A DNA stretch of 64,000 nt from an uncultured Methanosarcinaceae archaeon (GTDB taxonomy: Archaea; Halobacteriota; Methanosarcinia; Methanosarcinales; Methanosarcinaceae). Position 1 is the stretch's first letter. Every line of letters begins with the position of its first letter. The stretch is from assembly GCA_963833425.1 (NCBI GenBank), contig CAWHXP010000003.1:512001-576000 (forward strand), in the 5' to 3' direction. Under the pieces are notes generated by a model. That model worked only from the letters and a program-made list of their open reading frames with translations, was not told where the DNA came from and searched no databases. A program made the position numbers and the translations under genes. This document shows positions 45,695-59,018 of the stretch, piece after piece.

Positions 45695-48600
45695 AGATTT
45701 TTTTTCATAGCTTCGCGGTACATGTCTACCATAACCTCCACCCCCCGGGGTTTCGATTACAAAAAGATCTCCTTTCTTCAGTTTGAAATCAGCCAATCCT
45801 TCAACTTCGATAACTCTGCCGTATCTTCTGATAAGCGTGTTCTTTCCGCATTTTCCAGGCATTCCACCTTTGAGCCCGAAGGGAGGAAGCTTCCTGTGGC
45901 TCGAGAGGATAGCAGCATCCATATCCTTCAGGAATCTAAATTTTCGGACAACTCCATTTCCACCCCTGAATTTACCATTTCCTCCGCTTCCTTGCCGGAT
46001 GGAAAATTCCTCAAGCAAAACTGGAAACCTTGCTTCAAGAACCTCAGGATCTGTAATTCTTGAGTTAGTCATGTGAGTATGGACAGCATCTGTTCCTGAA
46101 AAGTTGGGGCCTGCGCCTGCACCTCCACATATTGTTTCATAATACTGGAAATCAGCGTTTCCGAAAGTAAAATTGTTCATCGTACCCTGAGAAGCCGAAA
46201 GCGTGCCAAGGGCACCGAACAGAGCATCAACAATATACTGTGCAGTTTCAACATTGCCTGCAACAACTGCTGCAGGAGGTTGGGGCTTGAACATAGAGCC
46301 AACGGGGATAACGATATCAAGAGGCCTTAAACAACCTGCATTCAAAGGGATATCACTTTTAACAAGTGTCCTGAAAACGTAGAGAACAGCAGCAATGCAA
46401 ACAGATGCAGGAGCATTAAAATTATTTGAAAGCTGAGAGGAAGTACCCATAAAATCGATTTTAGCACCACGGTTATTGCGGTCAATTGTGATCTTAACTT
46501 TAATTGCATTTCCATCATCTAACAAATAAGTAAATTCTCCATCCGTAAGCCTGCCAATAACTCTTCTTACGGCTTCTTCAGCATTATCTTGCACATGACC
46601 CATATAAGCTTCAACAGTTTCAACGGAAAAAACGTCGACCATTTTGCGAAGTTCCTGAAGACCGTTCTCATTTGCAGCTATCTGTGCACGAATATCAGCA
46701 ATATTCTGGTCAGGATTTCTTGCCGGGTATTTCCCCGAATTCAGCCATACTTTTAACCCTTCCTCGCAGAAACGGCCTTTTTTGACTATCTTCATGCCCT
46801 CGTTCAGTACACCTTCTTCTTCAATAGTTTTGCTGCCAGAAGACATGGATCCAGGACTGATCCCTCCTACATCTGCATGATGACCTCTGGAAGCCAGGTA
46901 AAAAAAAACCTCTCCAGAGCTGCCAAACATCGGGGTAACAATTGTGATATCAGGGAGATGAGTTCCTCCGTTATACGGGGAGTTAAGCAGATATACATCT
47001 CCTGCTTGCATTTTTTTTATTTGTGTCCTGATAAGAGCTTTTACGCATTCACCCATAGACCCCAGATGCACAGGAATGTGGGGAGCATTTGCTACCAAGT
47101 TTCCATGCCTGTCAAAAATAGCGCAGGAAAAGTCTAGTCTCTCTTTTATATTTACCGAGTGAGCAGTATTCTGCAAAGTATACCCCATTTGCTCGGCAAC
47201 TAACATAAACCTATTACTGAAAATCTCGAGCATTACAGGGTCAACATCCGTACCTAGGACTTTATGGGTTGGGAGCGAAATTCTGCGGTTCAGGATAAGA
47301 TGATTAAGTTCAGTGACCTTCCCTTCCCAACCAGGTTCAATAATAATGGTTGTATTTTTCTCGATTATAATTGCAGGTCCATTTACACAAGCCCCTGATT
47401 TTAGCTCATCCCTCTTGAGAATAAAAGTCTCATGAAACTCCCCATAACTATACATTTGACCTGTAGATACAGGTGAGAAAACAGTATTTATTTCAGTTTC
47501 CAGTGCAGTGTCAGGAAATCTTTCCATAATCCCTACTACCTCTACGGAAACAGTCTCAACAACAATGGTTTTATCCTCCATCACGAACCCGAAGTGCTTC
47601 TTGTGAAGTTCCTCAAAACCTTTCCTGAGAGTATCCTTATCAGCAAAATTCACAAGTAATTGAGTGTCTGAACCTGCATAACGCATATGTACTTTGAAGA
47701 GCATAATAATTTGGTTCTCCTGCACTCCCTGCGCCAGCATCGAAAAAAATCCTTCCTTTTTAAGCTCTAAAAATACGATTTTCAATTCCTCTATCAGCTT
47801 GTCCGACAATTCACCCCCTATGTATCGTTCTTTTATCAATCTCTGATCTGCAAGTCCTATACCATATGCTGAAAGAACGCCCGCAAACGGATGAATGAAG
47901 ATGCTTTTAATACCAAGACTGTCTGCAACCCTGCAGGCATGCTGTGCAGCTGCTCCTCCAAAACAACAAAGGGTATATTCTGTTATATTGTGCCCCTGCT
48001 GGACCGAGACTTTCTTGATGGCGTTTGCCATATTCTCGACTGCGACGGAAAGAAATCCCTCTGCAACCTGCTCAGGTGTCCGAAAACCACTTTCGTTTGA
48101 AATCTCTTTTGCAAGCTCTGCGAATTTCCTGCGCACAGGTTCTGAGTCAGGAGATTGATCTGCGTTGAGCCCGAAAAGCTTTGGGAAAAATTCGGGCCGC
48201 AATTTTCCGAGCATTATGTTGCAGTCGGTAACTGTAAGGGGTCCGCCTTTTCGGTAACATGCAGGACCAGGATCCGAACCTGCAGATTCTGGACCTACCC
48301 TGAACCTACCTTTGTCGTAATTAAGTACGGAACCTCCACCTGCTGCAACAGTATGGATGCGCATCATAGGAGATCGCAAGCGTACACCCGAGATCTCGGT
48401 TTCAAGACTGCGCTCATACTCCCCGCTGTACTGAGCTACATCTGTAGATGTCCCCCCCATATCAAAAGTAATGATTTTTCGTACCCCTGCCACTAGAGAT
48501 GTTGCAACGGCCCCAACAATTCCACCCGCTGGCCCGGACAGAATACAGTTCTTACCTTGAAAACCTTCTGCATCGATAAGCCCTCCACTGGATTGCATAA

Positions 48601-49471
48601 ACATGAGTCTGGTATTTCGTTTTTCTCTTTTCTCCTGTCGTTCTTTTCGGTTTTTTTCTCGTTTTCCTTGCCAGTCTTTCGTTTTTCTTTTTACCTCTCC
48701 TTCCTTCCTTCCTTTTTCTATTTTTTCTTGCCCCTCTTCTTCCTGTTCCCCTTCTATTTCTTCTACCCCTTCATTCAGAGTTCTCTGAACCATGTAAACG
48801 TACTTTCTGAGAACAGGAGATAGATATGCATCTACAACAGTCGTTTCTCCTCGAATCACGAGTTTTATCAGTGGACTCACCTGATGAGAAAGGGATACTT
48901 GTGTAAAACCTATCTCTCTGGCAAGTCTTCCAAGCCTAAGTTCATGCTTCGGATATTTATACGCGTGCATCAGGACGATGGCAACTGATCGAATTCCGGC
49001 TTTGAAGGCCACAAAAAGTTCTTTTTTTGCATCTTTAAGATTTATGGGCACAAACTCTTTTCCATCTGCTCCTAATCTTCCAGACACCTGGATAACCCTT
49101 TCGTACAACTGAGCTGGGAGTTCAATTTTCTGAGCAAAAATATCTGGGCGATTTTGGTACCCTATCCTTAAAGCATCCCCAAAACCCTGAGTTACAACAA
49201 GAACAGTGCGCTCTCCTTTCCGTTCAAGGAGAGCATTGGTACCTACTGTTGTCCCCATTTTCACGGTCCCTATTAATTCCGAAGGCAGAGGGGCATCTTT
49301 GGCCAGCCCCAGAATATGACGAATTCCATGTATCGCTGCATCCTTATATCGGTAGGTATCTTCAGAGAGAAGCTTGTGTGTGATTAGTTTTCCTTCAGGG
49401 CTGCAGGCTATAATATCAGTAAATGTGCCTCCTCGGTCTATCCAGAATTGCCATTGAGCTTTGGGAGACAT
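45644..49471 (-). CDS. 5-oxoprolinase / hydantoinase A-B fusion
   Basis: [69 protein letters not shown]. Confidence 0.93.
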   Translation of the reverse strand: MSPKAQWQFWIDRGGTFTDIIACSPEGKLITHKLLSEDTYRYKDAAIHGIRHILGLAKDAPLPSELIGTVKMGTTVGTNALLERKGERTVLVVTQGFGDALRIGYQNRPDIFAQKIELPAQLYERVIQVSGRLGADGKEFVPINLKDAKKELFVAFKAGIRSVAIVLMHAYKYPKHELRLGRLAREIGFTQVSLSHQVSPLIKLVIRGETTVVDAYLSPVLRKYVYMVQRTLNEGVEEIEGEQEEEGQEKIEKGRKEGEVKRKTKDWQGKREKNRKERQEKREKRNTRLMFMQSSGGLIDAEGFQGKNCILSGPAGGIVGAVATSLVAGVRKIITFDMGGTSTDVAQYSGEYERSLETEISGVRLRSPMMRIHTVAAGGGSVLNYDKGRFRVGPESAGSDPGPACYRKGGPLTVTDCNIMLGKLRPEFFPKLFGLNADQSPDSEPVRRKFAELAKEISNESGFRTPEQVAEGFLSVAVENMANAIKKVSVQQGHNITEYTLCCFGGAAAQHACRVADSLGIKSIFIHPFAGVLSAYGIGLADQRLIKERYIGGELSDKLIEELKIVFLELKKEGFFSMLAQGVQENQIIMLFKVHMRYAGSDTQLLVNFADKDTLRKGFEELHKKHFGFVMEDKTIVVETVSVEVVGIMERFPDTALETEINTVFSPVSTGQMYSYGEFHETFILKRDELKSGACVNGPAIIIEKNTTIIIEPGWEGKVTELNHLILNRRISLPTHKVLGTDVDPVMLEIFSNRFMLVAEQMGYTLQNTAHSVNIKERLDFSCAIFDRHGNLVANAPHIPVHLGSMGECVKALIRTQIKKMQAGDVYLLNSPYNGGTHLPDITIVTPMFGSSGEVFFYLASRGHHADVGGISPGSMSSGSKTIEEEGVLNEGMKIVKKGRFCEEGLKVWLNSGKYPARNPDQNIADIRAQIAANENGLQELRKMVDVFSVETVEAYMGHVQDNAEEAVRRVIGRLTDGEFTYLLDDGNAIKVKITIDRNNRGAKIDFMGTSSQLSNNFNAPASVCIAAVLYVFRTLVKSDIPLNAGCLRPLDIVIPVGSMFKPQPPAAVVAGNVETAQYIVDALFGALGTLSASQGTMNNFTFGNADFQYYETICGGAGAGPNFSGTDAVHTHMTNSRITDPEVLEARFPVLLEEFSIRQGSGGNGKFRGGNGVVRKFRFLKDMDAAILSSHRKLPPFGLKGGMPGKCGKNTLIRRYGRVIEVEGLADFKLKKGDLFVIETPGGGGYGRHVPRSYEKKSGSVAKTSKKICKSISN

Positions 49472-49654
49472 TAAAGGAACAATTGTATAAGTTGTATTAA
49501 TTATTAATCCTGAAAACTCTAGAATTGATTTTTTTTCACATCAATACCTGCTTTCGCTCATTTACACATTCTTACACAATTTTCAAAATATCAATAACTT
49601 TTAAACGTCAGCTTTTTGGAAATCCTTTATACCATGAAGTTGCAATGAATCAGC

Positions 49655-51310
49655 ATGAAAACATACCAGGGAATAGTTGTCGATGCTATTTCCAAGAAGC
49701 AGTTCAAAGGTGAGATTGCTGTTGAAAATGGAAAGATCGTTCGTTTAGAAGAGAAGGAGCATGATAATGAGCAGTACATCCTCCCAGGTCTTGTAGACGC
49801 CCATGTGCATATAGAAAGTTCTATGACCATGCCCTCGGTTTTTGCCAGAATGGCTGTTGCAAGAGGTACGGTTGCTGTGGTTAGTGACCCTCATGAGATT
49901 GCAAACGTGATGGGAGAAGAAGGCATAGATTACATATTGGAAGATTCCAGAAAAGCCCCTATGAAAATCTTTTTTGGAGTCCCCTCTTGTGTGCCAGCCA
50001 CACCATTCGAATCTGCAGGATCAGTACTAGATGCAATAGCTGTGAACCGTTTGCTAGCAAGGGCGGATCTATACTACCTCGCCGAGGTGATGAATTTCCC
50101 AGACGTGGTCTCGGAATCTCCTGAATTAATGGCGAAAATTGAATCAGCCAAAAAATATAACAAAGTTATAGATGGTCATGCGCCTGGTTTGAGAGGTGCC
50201 GACCTACAGAAATACGTGAGCTCAGGAATTTCCACAGATCATGAATGCCTTACTTATGAAGAAGCGGTTGAGAAAATAAAGCTCGGAATGAAGATACAGA
50301 TTCGAGAGGGAAGTTCAGCCAGATACTTCGAAACCCTTTATCGTTTGATATATGAATACCCAGAATCCGTTATGCTTTGCACCGACGATTCTCATGCCAA
50401 TACTCTGATACATGAAGGACATATCGATAGGCTAATACGAAGCGGATATCAAAAAGGACTTGATATCTATAACCTGATTCAAGCAGCAGTGATCAATCCT
50501 GTTGAGCACTATGGCCTTAATGTAGGGCTTTTGCGCAAGGGAGACTCTGCAGATTTCATTATCGTAGACGATCTAAAATCATTCAATGTGTTGAGTACCT
50601 TCATTGATGGAAATTGTGTTTATGATGACGGGAAGGTGCTTTTCCCGATTGAAAAAATTTCTGCAAAAAATGTTTTCAACAGAAATGAAATCTCAATTGA
50701 AGATATAAAAATATCTCTGCCATCTGCAGACAATAGAAGGGAGCAGAGGAGAAATATCAGGGTGATAGTTGCCCAGGATGGAGAACTTGTCACAGGCCAA
50801 GAATTAGCCCTGGCAAAAGTAGAAGACGGTAATCTAGTTTCAGATCCAGATAGGGATATTTTGAAATTGGTTTTCCTGAGCAGGTATAGAAATTATCCTG
50901 TTCAAATTGGTTTCATAAAGAACATAGGCCTGAAAAAAGGCGCTATTGTGAGCAGCATTGCTCATGACAGTCACAACATTATTGCAGTCGGGACCACTGA
51001 CAAAGATATCGTGGAAGCTGTCAATAGGCTAGTGGAAAATAAGGGGGGAATAGTTGTAGGAACTGCAGGAGATCTACATGATCTTCCGCTAGAGGTTGCA
51101 GGCCTTATGAGCATTCGGAGTGGAGAAGAAGTAGCTTCTCGATACAAGCTACTGAATGAAGAAGCTCGGAAACTTGGAACCTCGCTGAAGTCCCCCTTTA
51201 TGACTCTTGCATTTATGTCGCTTCTGGTAATTCCTGAACTTAAACTGGGAGATAAGGGGTTATTCGATGTAACAAAATTCGAATTTGTCGAGCTTTTCGC
51301 AAAGGAATAA
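49655..51310 (+). CDS. ade: Adenine deaminase
   Basis: PGLVDAHVHIESS, DPHEIANV, DGHAPG, TDHEC, REGS, CTDD, SIAHDSHN, LLVIPELK. Confidence 0.95.
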   Translation: MKTYQGIVVDAISKKQFKGEIAVENGKIVRLEEKEHDNEQYILPGLVDAHVHIESSMTMPSVFARMAVARGTVAVVSDPHEIANVMGEEGIDYILEDSRKAPMKIFFGVPSCVPATPFESAGSVLDAIAVNRLLARADLYYLAEVMNFPDVVSESPELMAKIESAKKYNKVIDGHAPGLRGADLQKYVSSGISTDHECLTYEEAVEKIKLGMKIQIREGSSARYFETLYRLIYEYPESVMLCTDDSHANTLIHEGHIDRLIRSGYQKGLDIYNLIQAAVINPVEHYGLNVGLLRKGDSADFIIVDDLKSFNVLSTFIDGNCVYDDGKVLFPIEKISAKNVFNRNEISIEDIKISLPSADNRREQRRNIRVIVAQDGELVTGQELALAKVEDGNLVSDPDRDILKLVFLSRYRNYPVQIGFIKNIGLKKGAIVSSIAHDSHNIIAVGTTDKDIVEAVNRLVENKGGIVVGTAGDLHDLPLEVAGLMSIRSGEEVASRYKLLNEEARKLGTSLKSPFMTLAFMSLLVIPELKLGDKGLFDVTKFEFVELFAKE

Positions 51311-53175
51311 ACATAAAAGAACTGCAGGAGTCAGTAAAATATTCATTCCCACTTAATTATCACAATAAATCGCGACTAGAAAGAACTGCTCATTAACATG
51401 AAGTTTATGGATATAGCTAATATAGCAGAGCATTGTAATTTTTACAGAGGCCTTAAAGTTAGTTTTTTATCCAATCGCACTTGAAGCATTTATTGATGAC
51501 ATTTTTGATAAAGTCGTTTCCAAAAGCTATGAAGTTGCTTCCTTTACCATGTAAATTTAATGTTTTTCACATTCCTGAGTTCAATAATTGCGTAATTTTC
51601 AGTGATGCATAAAGTATTCTTCTTTTGGTGATCTTCCCTTCGACTGATGATATTTTCCATATCAGAAAACTTTTTCTCACAGATATCTTGCCCTTGCTGT
51701 CCGTGACAATTATTTTAACCCCAATTCATTTACCTTCTTTACGAGCTCTTAATCAGTGACTAATGCATCACTGTAAAGATATTTTCCTAATTTTTGGTTT
51801 GCCTCTGTCTGAATGCTTTCCCTCAAAAAATAATTTCTCACACATATAACCTTCTATTAAAACAAATGAAATGAATAAAAAAAGTTGATCTGAAAAAGGT
51901 TTTCCATGCATATAGATTATCTTTCGTCGATTTACTGTAAATAAAACACTGCACAAGACGATGTTTTTAGTATTATGTTCACGGAAGTTCAGTTCCTATT
52001 AGCTGCTCCTCATATAATTTATTTAATAATGATTATTGATGATATTAAAAGCATAATAATTTGCCACTATTATAAAACTGTAAATGTGTTATAATGTTTA
52101 ACTTTTATTTTTAGTTAATAAATTAACATATTTAATATCCAAATTTTCTAATGACCACCATTGAGGACTCTTCATACATTTTAGATATACTACTTACCGT
52201 CTGTAAAATTGTTGTTGTTTCTGTGAAACATTTTGTCTATCAACATTCGCTAGTTGTGCATCAGCTCTACATCATTTAACGTAGATGTGTAAAGCTGTGT
52301 TAGCTTGTGAGAATTTAATGTATTAGAGGAAATACAAAGATATGCTCTTACTGCTGCAGCTGTCATTGTTACTACAAACAAGATTGCCAGTATAATAGCG
52401 AGTGGTCTTTTGATTCTGTTAGATTCGATTCCATATGTTAAGTCTCCTGATATTATATATAGAATTGATTTTACCATGATTATTAATGATTATTTGGAGC
52501 TTAATAAGTTTTTTGTATAAAAAAGTTAATATATATTGAAATTAGTACCAACATCATGAGACACTAAAAATTGAATTTATATAAAGTTTTCAGACCTAGA
52601 ACTCCAACTGTTTATTTTCGTAGTTTGCTTATTCACCATTATAGCATTCCCAAAAGAAAAGTAATTACTTCATTGAAATCAAATTCTCAAAACATTTACT
52701 TAACCTACTACCAATAAATAGTCTAGTTCAAAAGTAGAAGAGAACAGCTTACAACGTTAACTCTATAAAATCGATACCAAGGCTTATTTTTCAATCTTCC
52801 TTAAATTTGGATATATTTATTATCTTTTCCACTCTGAATTTCAGATTTCAAGCAATTAGCAGCTTTTCAGACCAATCCGTACATTTTAAGAGACTCAGAG
52901 GTTGGGACCGTTGCAGAGATTAGGATTGAATGTCCATGAATAAAGACAGATCATTTAAATTCAGCATGAATTATATATCAATTATTTATATTTAATTTTA
53001 TCATATATACAAAAAAAACTAAAATATCAAAGTGAGGTTTCAGAAATGTATTTTTGCCCAAATAGCCGTTTGACTCTATAAAGTCTCATGAGATTATTTC
53101 CAACTACATAAATATATAAGAATAAAATACTGCTCTGATTGAGATGCAGGAAAAAAAGTTACAAAATAATGTTAA

Positions 53176-54399
53176 CTATACATTAAAAAAATCCAACGTA
53201 GTTTGAAAACGTAAGTCTGAAAGCATGATCGCCTTTTTCAACCATTCAGTTTTCGGTATGCTTACCCTGCCTGCGAGGTCTGAAACTGCTGATGTTAGAG
53301 AATCAAATTTATGAGGGGGATTTTTAAGAGCTTTTCTCATGCCTTCCCGAACTACCCACACCCCAAGAGGAGCCCAGTAATGAGGAGTAATTTCCCTTAG
53401 AACGAAAACAGAAGCCTGTTTTCGGATTTCAGTAAGATATTCAAGCACAGCCAACCTTGTGGCATAATAACCTCCTGCTAGAATAGAATATCCTTTTTTC
53501 CCGTTGGGCCCTTCACTGTCTTCACCAATCCAAACTGATTCCCCAGACCAGATTGTATTTGGGAGCCACATCTCAATAAGTTCGAAAGAATAAGTTCGAG
53601 GAAGAATGAGGACTTCAAAGTGGTTCCCGAAATGAGTCCCGCTGAAAAGCAAAATATCGGAAATTAAGGAAAAGTCCTTTATGTGATCTGCAAGTTCCTT
53701 TCCGGCCATATCATCAACTGCTGTTATTGACCAGCGAGTAGGAACTAATTTTCTTTCTTTCCCGAGTAAGCCGATTGAAAAAAGGCGCGTGATGTGTTCT
53801 ACTGTGACATTATTTTCCAGAAGTTCGGTAATAGCATCTCTTGCCAGAGAATCAGTATCATAGACGAGGTAATCTACTTTTCGTGGAACTTTGGGATTTT
53901 CTGTAAGTTCAAAATTTTTTACAAGGCCTGATGGACCCATAGGCATGAGAATGGTATCAAAATTCAGTTCTTGCTTTGGAATTTTGTAAAACCAGACCTC
54001 AGTATCTACTGGTTTTCGGGAGAGAGCGAGTTCCTGAGCTTTTATAAGAAGGGGGTTTTCTTTTCTGCGTGCGTCTTTTACGTGGAAATTTGTATTTGCC
54101 CTAACCATACGGGAACGCATGAAGATTATATCTTCAATTTGCATGTTTGCCCAGGCTGAAGGATCTTCCAGGAAAAAGGCTTCATTTTCCTTTGTCAACG
54201 GGGAAATTATTGGACCTGCTGTAATCTTAGGAAAGCCATAACTACCAACAAAAACAGACGGGGGAGATACTCCAAAAACAGAAGATCCTGAGATAGCGGG
54301 AGCGATCGATTGTAAGGACCTATATTTTTCAAAAATTGGACAAAGAGGACGCCCGCAAATTCTTTTCCCTTTACATTTGATACACAGCGTTCCACTCAC
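53176..54399 (-). CDS. nreA: Nre-family archaeal DNA repair protein
   Basis: N-terminal CIKCKG..CG..CP, SPPSVFVGSYGFP, LVPTRWSITAVD, GGYYATRL, PLGVWVVRE; C-terminal PIP-like QTTLDFF. Confidence 0.9.
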   Translation of the reverse strand: MSGTLCIKCKGKRICGRPLCPIFEKYRSLQSIAPAISGSSVFGVSPPSVFVGSYGFPKITAGPIISPLTKENEAFFLEDPSAWANMQIEDIIFMRSRMVRANTNFHVKDARRKENPLLIKAQELALSRKPVDTEVWFYKIPKQELNFDTILMPMGPSGLVKNFELTENPKVPRKVDYLVYDTDSLARDAITELLENNVTVEHITRLFSIGLLGKERKLVPTRWSITAVDDMAGKELADHIKDFSLISDILLFSGTHFGNHFEVLILPRTYSFELIEMWLPNTIWSGESVWIGEDSEGPNGKKGYSILAGGYYATRLAVLEYLTEIRKQASVFVLREITPHYWAPLGVWVVREGMRKALKNPPHKFDSLTSAVSDLAGRVSIPKTEWLKKAIMLSDLRFQTTLDFFNV

Positions 54400-54959
54400 T
54401 TTGAATCCATGTCCTCACATCTGAATGCAAGCTTTAACTTCAAGAACTTACCTATATAGCAAATAAGATTTCCGAACAAAACTACAAACAAAGTACATGC
54501 TTTTTATTTTTTCCGAAAATAAGCTTCTATTAAAAGTATCAAAGCAAAATTTTAAATTTATCTCTGTGAGTCCTCATAAAAGTCAACTTCAGCTTCAAGT
54601 TTCTCACCGACTTCTGAGATACTGTAACTTTAAATATTCCAGAATATCCGCCAAAACTTGCAATGTATACATTATTCCAGAAAAATCATTGTTCTCGTAA
54701 GCTAGCCCGGATTTTAGGCAAGATGCTCTATACCATAATTTCACAAATTGTTTTCATAAGAACCAAGATCTAAATAATAAAGTAAACTTTACTATACATG
54801 TACCGTTGTTTTTAATATTCAAGTAGAAATTAGGTCTCCCTCAATGCACCATATAGACAACGCATGTTACCGCAAAACTTGCAAGAGTAAATACAATTTC
54901 GAACCTGGAAATAGTACATTCATTTCTCATGCCTCTTTTCTTATAAAGGCTGTCAAAGT

Positions 54960-55268
54960 TTAATTTTTAATTTGTTCAGCAGAGAAACCCTTTTCCATGA
55001 GGACTTCTTTCATGCGGGCCAGGTGATTTCCTTGAAGTTCCACAGTATTTCCTTTTACAGTGCCACCGCATGCAAACTTTGATTTAAGATAAGTAGACAG
55101 TTCGTGCAGATCAATTTCACTAGCGTCGAAGCCTTCCACAACAGTAACTTCTTTCCCATATCTTCTTCTATTTATTTTCACTGTAATTCTCTGTTGCTCT
55201 TTTGCAACCTCTTCGCATACGCAAAGTTCTTTTGGAAGCCCGCATACCGGGCACATTCCGCTGCTCAT
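54960..55268 (-). CDS. sui1: Translation initiation factor SUI1 (aIF-1)
   Basis: [41 protein letters not shown]. Confidence 0.95.
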   Translation of the reverse strand: MSSGMCPVCGLPKELCVCEEVAKEQQRITVKINRRRYGKEVTVVEGFDASEIDLHELSTYLKSKFACGGTVKGNTVELQGNHLARMKEVLMEKGFSAEQIKN

Positions 55269-55999
55269 TTGTTGGCGTATCCTCCAAATTTGTAATAATT
55301 ATATGTGTAATTTACATCCAAAAATGACTGAAAAGACATCAAGTACTTATCAATGAAGGTATTAAAGCCTAATGGTATTATTCTGCCACTTTATGCTGAA
55401 TTTAGGTTTATGGACAAAAATTGTTGCAGTACAAAAATCAGTCAAAGCTTTATTATTATTTCCAATTTTTGATATGACAGATTATAACTACATAAATAAA
55501 ATTAATACCAGTGTAACGTTACATGATAATTATGACATCAAGTGAAAAGGCGAATCTTGATTTTTAGTCCATTCAGGATCTAGATCATCTTTGTCAAGTG
55601 TTTGATATTTTCATTATTAAAGTTTCCATCGCAACATATGTTTTACTTTTCATGCACTGAAGTATATCAGCTCTAACTAACCTCAATAAAATAAAGCAAC
55701 AATATCTGAAAAAGCTACTAAGTGGATTTTGGAATTAGCTCAAACAAAGAATGGAGTACTACCGAAGAGCTAAACTCCCCATGAATCTTAATCTCAAATC
55801 TACAAGGAAAAACATTAAAAGCGTCTCTATTGCTGGATAGAGCGTTTTCTATCCACAACAGTTTCAATTTTAGATATTCCTGAATTATTGAAGAGGATTC
55901 CAATCTATCACTAATTTTCATTTCGCGAGAATCACGTCCAAATTTTCCCAGCTAATTTCTATATTTGACCATATTTATTCTAGTCTGATCATCATTCTT

Positions 56000-56962
56000 T
56001 GACTTTAAATATAGCTTCTGCTTTTCTCAAAATATTCCTTTTATTTTTAATGTCATCAACTGATAAAGATTCTAAAAAAGCTGAACACAAAATCTTTGGA
56101 TTCATCCTTTGGAAAGCAGTAATCAGAACTTTACATGCTTCGAATACTGATTTAGTTACCGCATAGATTCATTTAGTTGGGGCCCGTTTTGAACTGATCT
56201 TCTTGTGTCCTAATATATCACTCATCAACAGATGTATCTTTTTATACTGACCATTTCATTATTGAATCAAACTTTTTGATTTGCTCCAAAGTACCCTGTT
56301 TCTCTTAAAAGAGTTACTTTTTCTGACAAATTTGGACTCGAATCATGAAGATTAGTTGTTGTTTTGAATCTTCAGATAAATTCATAATCCAAGTTTATTA
56401 TACTATAAATTTTATATCCAAAGTATGACTCAATATCCTTTTTTGCGTAGTTATTGTCTCTGATTTACCTTATTTTTGCTTATTTTTCTATACATTTATC
56501 TAGTTTTTCTGTCCAGGATCTGACTGGATAAAAATAGATATATGAATTAATCCCTTTTTTATTTTCAAAACCAAGTTCTGAATGATCAGACTGCGATAAT
56601 ACCTGAATGTATCAAGAAAAACCAAGAAAATTCCCTGGGGAAAAAAAATCAATACATTATTTTTCAAGTTCAAAATTTGAAAGATGATGCCATTTCTGTA
56701 AAAAACATTTTAAACATAATTATTACTTCGATTCAGGTTTTACTCAAGAAACTGTTTTGTTAAAATATATAATTCAAAAATGATACTAAATGATTCCTAA
56801 GTAATTAAGGGATCAATCTCAGAAAGTTTGTCTCTAATTGACTGAAGACGTTTGTATCAATTTTTTAAAATAAAAATGAGCTAGAGTTTTCACATGTAAA
56901 AAAATAATTATTAATATTTAAATTCTCCAATACTTAAATGTAAAGGAGTTTTTGAAATTTTT
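56000..56962 (-). pseudogene. Highly degraded IS5-family element remnant
   Basis: Minus-strand fragments QKWHHLSNFELEK, IQSDPGQK and TWIMNLSEDSKQQ resemble the IS5 at 6711; an IR-like end lies near 56960. Boundaries approximate. Confidence 0.6.
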
Positions 56963-57158
56963 CGTAGGTAAAATATAGGTATGCTACGATAAATCCATTA
57001 TTCTCATTTCATGAAGTATTAGTTTTTCACGTGAATACTATGATCGAATTAGCGTTGTTTGAGATCTTCGTACAATATTTATAGGTATTTTGTAAAATGA
57101 TATTTAGTTCATTTATCCCCAGATATAGTGGCTTGATCTGTATTTTTATTTTTAAGTC

Positions 57159-57680
57159 TCATCCTATTTTTTTAAGCGCGAGTTCGATGGCATCTATAAG
57201 GCTGTCTTTCGGGATGATGGTTGTCACAGGGATATTGATAATTTTTTCTATAGTTGGGCTTACTATTGGAGCACATACCAGGGCTTTTGCTCCATCTCTT
57301 TCAGCGTTAACAGCTGCTATTATTGCTTCTTCCATTGATGTTGCTGAATATTCCCTTATTGTAACCAGCCTGCCAGCTATTTTTTTTTTAGTTTCTACGA
57401 TATTGTCAAGTACCGAACGAGCTGCAATTACTGCTATAAAATCTTCCCTGTCCGATTCATTAATATCCCGAATTGTTTTCACTATCTGACGGAGGGTTTT
57501 GATATTTGGATCTCGGTTACCTGATAGGATTTTATATAGGGTGCTTGGAGGGATATTTGCTTTTTTGGCAAAATCTATGGCTGTGAGGTTAAGGTCCTCT
57601 TTAATAACAATCGAAAATGTTTTTTGAAATACAGCATCTGATTCGAAAGCTGATTTGATAACTTTATCTGCAGCATTCAT
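57159..57680 (-). CDS. Archaeal XRE/HTH transcriptional regulator
   Basis: From ATG 57680 (MNAADKVIKSAF): HTH LTAIDFAKKANIPPSTLYKILSGNRDPNIKTL; C-terminal ALVCAPIVS. Confidence 0.85.
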   Translation of the reverse strand: MNAADKVIKSAFESDAVFQKTFSIVIKEDLNLTAIDFAKKANIPPSTLYKILSGNRDPNIKTLRQIVKTIRDINESDREDFIAVIAARSVLDNIVETKKKIAGRLVTIREYSATSMEEAIIAAVNAERDGAKALVCAPIVSPTIEKIINIPVTTIIPKDSLIDAIELALKKIG

Positions 57681-57842
57681 GAGATTCAACCTCTGAAATT
57701 CTGTAAAGACTTTCAATAGGTATAAATATTTTGCACCTAAAGGGAGTTTGGACCAGATTGAAAGATATCCTGATGTATTAATACATTTGGTATATAATGG
57801 TATTTCCCGAATTTTTTCAGTTGCAAGAACAAGAGAAAAACT

Positions 57843-58400
57843 ATGGGTGGAAATATTTTGATTGTCTCGGGGCTTGGTGACTCCGAAAAAGACCATGGGC
57901 AAACGCATTGGGAGAAAGACCTTCTCAATTGTAGTCGTGTTGTTCAACACGATTGGGAGCAACCAGCCGCGAGCTACTGGCTTGCGACTTTGTGCGAAGT
58001 GGTGGAAAGGTCTAACCCTCATATCCTACTTGTAGCACACAGCCTCGGATGCTCTTTGGTGGCCTATTTTGAAGCAAAGCCCTTAGCGAAAAAAGTTATT
58101 GGGCTTTTTTGGTAGCTCCTCAGAACATTGATTATTTAATCAAAGAAGATGGGGAGCTTTCCCAGTTGATGGGCTCATTCACTTTAATGCCTAAAGAAGC
58201 CTTGCCATTTAAGTCTGTTGTCGTTGCCAGTAGTAATGACCATTATTCAACCACTGATAGCTTTCTAAGCCTCTCAAAGGCTTGGAAAGCATTTTTTGTG
58301 AACACTGGACACGGACACATTAGTGCAGAATAAGGACACGGCCCTTGGCCTGATGGAAGACAGTTGCTCAAGAACTTTTTCACACCATCGCACCCTGAAA
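57843..58400 (+). pseudogene. RBBP9/YdeN-family alpha/beta hydrolase, disrupted
   Basis: ILIVSGLGDS..HGQTHW, LVAHSLGC, VVASSNDHY, GHIS..*GHGPW; frameshift near 58110 and TAA at 58331. Confidence 0.8.
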
Positions 58401-59018
58401 TTGTAAAATGTAAAAGCATGTGTGGATGGAGTAACTTTGGGGAGGAAGAAAATATTCGATTGCGAATTTGGAATGTTTACAATTGTTTATGCTTGTCTTC
58501 GATTTTCGTTGCCTTTTGTTTAGATTTAACAGTAAGCCATAAATCCATATAAGCCGAATTTAAGCCTTGTTACACCATAGCCGCAATGACAAGTAAATTA
58601 TGGCTACTTTCAAAAAAAGTACAAAAATGGCAAGTTCAAAAGGTGTTGGCTACCCGATGATGATGTGGCCATGGACACTATGGTTGTCATGGATATTATG
58701 GTAGTTATGGTCATCAAGCCAGCTAGATGCTATAGGTAAACGATGTAATAGTTCACCCCACATAAGGCTACCGTATATCTTAACTTGAAAATGTTCCACA
58801 TGAGTTTAATTAAACTAGAATCCTCTTACAAAAAAGGATAGCTCCGATACGAATTTCTATGAGAAAGCTATCAATGTTAAACAAAACAGAAAAATTATTA
58901 ATAAAAATTAAAATATGACGCTCAATTGCCACTGCTTTCCGAATGTGTGATTTGAACGTATTAATGAACGATGAAGTCTGCCGGAAAGATAAAAAAGTAA
59001 GACTTCTTTTGATTAGAC

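Noticed and set aside
52250..52477. Small ORF with a signal-peptide-like stretch (ILAILFVVTMTAAAV)
   Set aside because: It looks like the relic of a small secreted protein, with too little support to call.
57681..58022. N-terminal extension of the 287-aa HTH ORF
   Set aside because: It is antisense to the YdeN-like hydrolase relic; the regulator most likely starts at ATG 57680.
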